49,598 nucleotides of DNA from an uncultured Alphaproteobacteria bacterium. Lineage in GTDB: Bacteria > Pseudomonadota > Alphaproteobacteria > Rhizobiales > Methyloligellaceae. Shown here piece after piece: positions 47,277 to 49,598 of this stretch; positions within the stretch are counted from its first letter, which is position 1; each line of letters begins with the position of its first letter. The stretch lies in the NCBI GenBank assembly GCA_964194535.1, contig CAXMMX010000069.1, positions 1 through 49,598 of the forward strand. The letters are read 5' to 3'. The translations under genes were made by a program, and so were the position numbers. Below the pieces are notes generated by a model. That model saw only the letters and a program-made list of their open reading frames with translations, ran no database searches and was not told the DNA's origin.

Positions 47277-47314
47277 TTTTTGTTTGTCCTACCGGCTATC
47301 GCCTACTTGAGGAC
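47277..47314 (+). repeat. hairpin-repeat element, copy C
   Basis: TTTTTGTTT, then stem GTCCT (47286-47290), loop ACCGGCTATCGCCTACTTG, and AGGAC (47310-47314). Confidence 0.8.
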
Positions 47315-47600
47315 GATTGACGGAGATACGGATAGGCAGAGAGCTAAAGACGCCGGGCGGATTTCGAAAAGATGCTGCGCGCGGGGCGCTGGAAGGCTGC
47401 CCTAGTCAAACGGAGTACGGCCCTTCAGCGTTCCGCGCCGTCCCTTTGCATGGGGATGACCTGATGCGAATCCTCGCGCTGTAAGGCGGTGGGAGGTTTG
47501 GGCGTGGCTATTCACATTCAGTATCATTGTCCGACTTGATCGGGCAATCCAGTAACCGATGGTCTTGCGAGTGAAAAAACAGCGGCCACCGTTTACTGGA

Positions 47601-47621
47601 CCCTCCGGTCAAGCCGGAGGG
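47601..47621 (+). promoter_or_regulatory. hairpin sequestering the Shine-Dalgarno of the NUDIX gene
   Basis: CCCTCCGG-TCAAG-CCGGAGGG is a perfect 8-bp stem. Its 3' arm contains GGAGGG, which ends 4 nt before ATG 47626. Confidence 0.45.
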
Positions 47622-47625
47622 TGAC

Positions 47626-48429
47626 ATGAAAAAGTCATTCGTGGATTTGGCTCTTTCTCATTCTGGACATGCATCAAGCTTCGTAGGCTTGAGGCGCGTA
47701 TCCATTTCTTCTATCTCTCGGCCCATGCTTGAGGGAAAACACGCGCACCCCTATTGCCGGCCAAAGGACGCCGCGACCCTCATCATTGTCGATCAGAGGG
47801 GGAGCCACGCGAAAGTGCTCATGGGGCAACGCGCCCTCGGCAGCGCGTTCATGCCCGGCAAATATGTGTTTCCCGGTGGCAGGGTCGATGCGGGAGACAG
47901 CCGTCTCAATGTGCCCGATACTCTGGACGCGGCTGTCGAGCGCAAACTCCTTTACGACATGAAGGGCGTTGCATCCCCTCGGCGCGCACAGGCGCTGGCG
48001 CTGGCGGCCATCCGCGAGACGGCCGAGGAAACCGGCCTTCTGATCGGAACACGGAACATGACGGGTTGGACCACAAGGTCTCCTTCGTGGAGCCAGTTTA
48101 TCGAGCATGGTCTGGCGCCGGCCCTGTCGCCACTGACCTTTTTCTTAAGAGCAATCACCCCGCCGGGCCGCTCGCGCCGTTTCGATACGCGGTTCTTTTG
48201 CACCACGTCGGACGCGTTTGCTCATGAAATGCCCAACGAGAATGACGAATTGCTCAATTTGCACTGGCTGACTTGTCAGCAGGCCCTAAAACTTGAGTTG
48301 CCGAGGATCACCCGGTACGCGCTGGAAACACTCGAGGACAGATTGAGCCGGAACCGGTTCCCCAACCCCGGTGATGAGATTGCATACTTTTACGACCTGA
48401 ACGGGAAGTTCCTGCGGGAGACATTGTAG
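47626..48429 (+). CDS. NUDIX hydrolase
   Basis: GKYVFPGGRVD ... AAIRETAEETGL (Nudix-box REx2EExG). ATG 47626 has a strong SD; an internal ATG at 47725 would give a shorter protein. Confidence 0.8.
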   Translation: MKKSFVDLALSHSGHASSFVGLRRVSISSISRPMLEGKHAHPYCRPKDAATLIIVDQRGSHAKVLMGQRALGSAFMPGKYVFPGGRVDAGDSRLNVPDTLDAAVERKLLYDMKGVASPRRAQALALAAIRETAEETGLLIGTRNMTGWTTRSPSWSQFIEHGLAPALSPLTFFLRAITPPGRSRRFDTRFFCTTSDAFAHEMPNENDELLNLHWLTCQQALKLELPRITRYALETLEDRLSRNRFPNPGDEIAYFYDLNGKFLRETL

Positions 48430-48493
48430 TGCGCCCTTGTAGAGCGACCTTGTAGAGTGTCCAGCTAGAGCCTCCGGCATTTTTCTTTACCCC

Positions 48494-49318
48494 CTACGCC
48501 CCCTCAACAGGCCACGCCTCGGCCCTCGCCCAGTCTGTTGTCGCCGCGAGGCGTAATTCGTCCGCTCCCTTGCTCGCATCCAGCGCCGCCTCGACGCCGC
48601 CCGTCGCGCGTCCGAGCGCTTGTTGTTCGCCAGCGCCATTCAGCAAGGCCCCGAGGAACAGCGCCGCCATCAGGTCGCCCACGCCGTGAGGAGCGTTTTT
48701 GCGCTTGGCCACGCTGGTAACCAACGCCCCCTTTTCGTCAATGAGCAGATTAACCAGGTTTTTGGGGTCAGCCCCGGCGAGAGAGGTGACGAGCACGCTC
48801 GAAGGCCCAAGCGCCCTGGCCGGTGCCATTGCCGTCTTGATGCGCTTGGCGCTCTTGCCGCCCAGCCATTCCAGCTCGAACCGGTTGGGGGTGGCGATAT
48901 TGCTGAGCTGGATCAGCTCATCTCGGATGGCGCCGGCAACGTCTTCGTCGATATACAAGCCGCCCGGATCGTCCCCGAGGATCGGGTCGCACAGAAAAGT
49001 GAGTTCCGGGTTGGACTGCTTGACCAGCTCCACCGTGCTGGCCGCCAGCGCCACATGCTCGGCGCTTGGCATATAGCCGGTCATCACCGCATCCACATCG
49101 CCGAGCCATCCATTGGCCTCCAGCGCCTCGACCATGGCGCGCAACCGCCCCGGGGGCACCTGCTCCCCGGCGAAACGGGCATAGCCGGGATGGTTGGACA
49201 AAATGACCGTCGGCAGCAGCCAGCACTCATGGCCCATGGCCTCCAGGGTGATGCGCGCTGCGTTGCCCCCGACATAGCCGCGGGCAACCTGTGATGAGAA
49301 GCAAAGTATGATGCTCAT
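48494..49318 (-). CDS. pdxY: pyridoxal/pyridoxamine kinase (PdxY-like, ribokinase fold)
   Basis: MSIILCFSSQVARGYVGGNAA, PNRFELEWL and GVGDLMAALFL. Start at ATG 49318. Confidence 0.85.
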   Translation of the reverse strand: MSIILCFSSQVARGYVGGNAARITLEAMGHECWLLPTVILSNHPGYARFAGEQVPPGRLRAMVEALEANGWLGDVDAVMTGYMPSAEHVALAASTVELVKQSNPELTFLCDPILGDDPGGLYIDEDVAGAIRDELIQLSNIATPNRFELEWLGGKSAKRIKTAMAPARALGPSSVLVTSLAGADPKNLVNLLIDEKGALVTSVAKRKNAPHGVGDLMAALFLGALLNGAGEQQALGRATGGVEAALDASKGADELRLAATTDWARAEAWPVEGA

Positions 49319-49457
49319 GAATATGCGGCTCCGATTACTCTCTCTCTGCCGCCAAGGAAGCATGGCGGGCGCGCCTCCGCTCGGCTATGGTCCGCGCCAA
49401 AGGCGATGCCCCCTCCTGGCATTCAGGCGATTATAACGCAAACTCAGGTTCAGGACC

Positions 49458-49598
49458 CTAGGTCACCGACTCATTATGCCTCAACCAAATACGGATTGCA
49501 GCGAGTTTGATTGAGGCGAGATAGTTGTCGTCTCGTTTGTCATATCGCGTGGCCACTGCCCTGAAGTGTTTGAGTTTGTTGAAAAATCTCTCCACAAG
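49458..49598 (-). mobile_element. IS5-family insertion sequence, 3' end of the transposase gene (rest is outside the window)
   Basis: The reverse strand reads LVERFFNKLKHFRAVATRYDKRDDNYLASIKLAAIRIWLRHNESVT*, the conserved C-terminus of IS5/IS427-type DDE transposases. The stop codon is at 49458-49460. Confidence 0.8.

Noticed and set aside
47056-47625. Whether the long non-coding stretch is a two-piece tmRNA, RNase P RNA, SRP RNA, 6S RNA or a known riboswitch such as the ykkC subtype linked to NUDIX genes or a cobalamin riboswitch.
   Set aside because: I could not find the hallmark boxes: a T-loop GGTTCGA with CCA end and an ANDN-type tag ORF, GAGGAAAGTCCGG, the SRP GGAA tetraloop helix, or the B12 box. 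This rests on memory only and needs an Infernal scan.
1-49598. A scan for CRISPR arrays, tRNA and rRNA genes, toxin-antitoxin pairs, or a recognisable defence or secretion gene cluster.
   Set aside because: I saw no regularly spaced repeat-spacer array, no T-arm or anticodon-arm tRNA signature in intergenic regions, no rRNA-like stretch, and no multi-gene accessory locus. The scan was manual, so short features could have been missed.

Overview
The window is a visibly GC-rich, densely coding chromosomal segment of alphaproteobacterial type, with about 55 protein genes and no rRNA, tRNA or CRISPR that I could find. Most of it is housekeeping in conserved blocks: a tesA-like esterase divergent from a YbbA/YbbP-like ABC pair; htpG; acnA divergent from ccmABCDG; a minus-strand chain of carbonic anhydrase-dapF-mtaB-ftsY-yciB whose last four genes have 4-nt stop/start overlaps; ffh-rpsP-rimM-(cyclase)-trmD-rplS; leuC ... 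leuD ... leuB; asd; pdxY. I did not recognise a complete multi-gene novel system.

The leads I can support directly from the sequence are:
1. A dispersed hairpin element, six copies at three intergenic loci, with a conserved 19-nt loop and covarying stems. One locus is a 3 x 43-bp tandem array between trmD and rplS.
2. A 61-bp MITE-like palindrome flanked by TAA, inserted between ccmB and ccmC. Its terminal repeat resembles the end of the IS5-family element truncated at the right edge of the window.
3. A promoter-to-terminator unit of about 165 nt upstream of htpG, a candidate C-rich sRNA.
4. A lower-GC orphan ORF followed by about 570 nt of structured non-coding sequence, ending in a hairpin that sequesters the Shine-Dalgarno of a NUDIX gene.
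5. A translationally coupled pair: a Tat-exported two-domain multicopper oxidase and a ZIP permease.
6. A membrane adenylate cyclase with in-frame stop codons sitting inside the rpsP-rimM-trmD-rplS cluster.
7. Ribosomal proteins L19 and S16 with long C-terminal extensions.
8. Tandem secreted HExxH paralogs wedged between leuC and leuD.

All calls come from reading the sequence and the ORF track, and no searches were run. CDS ends follow the ORF track, and several starts were moved to internal start codons. Coordinates of non-coding features may be off by 1-2 nt.
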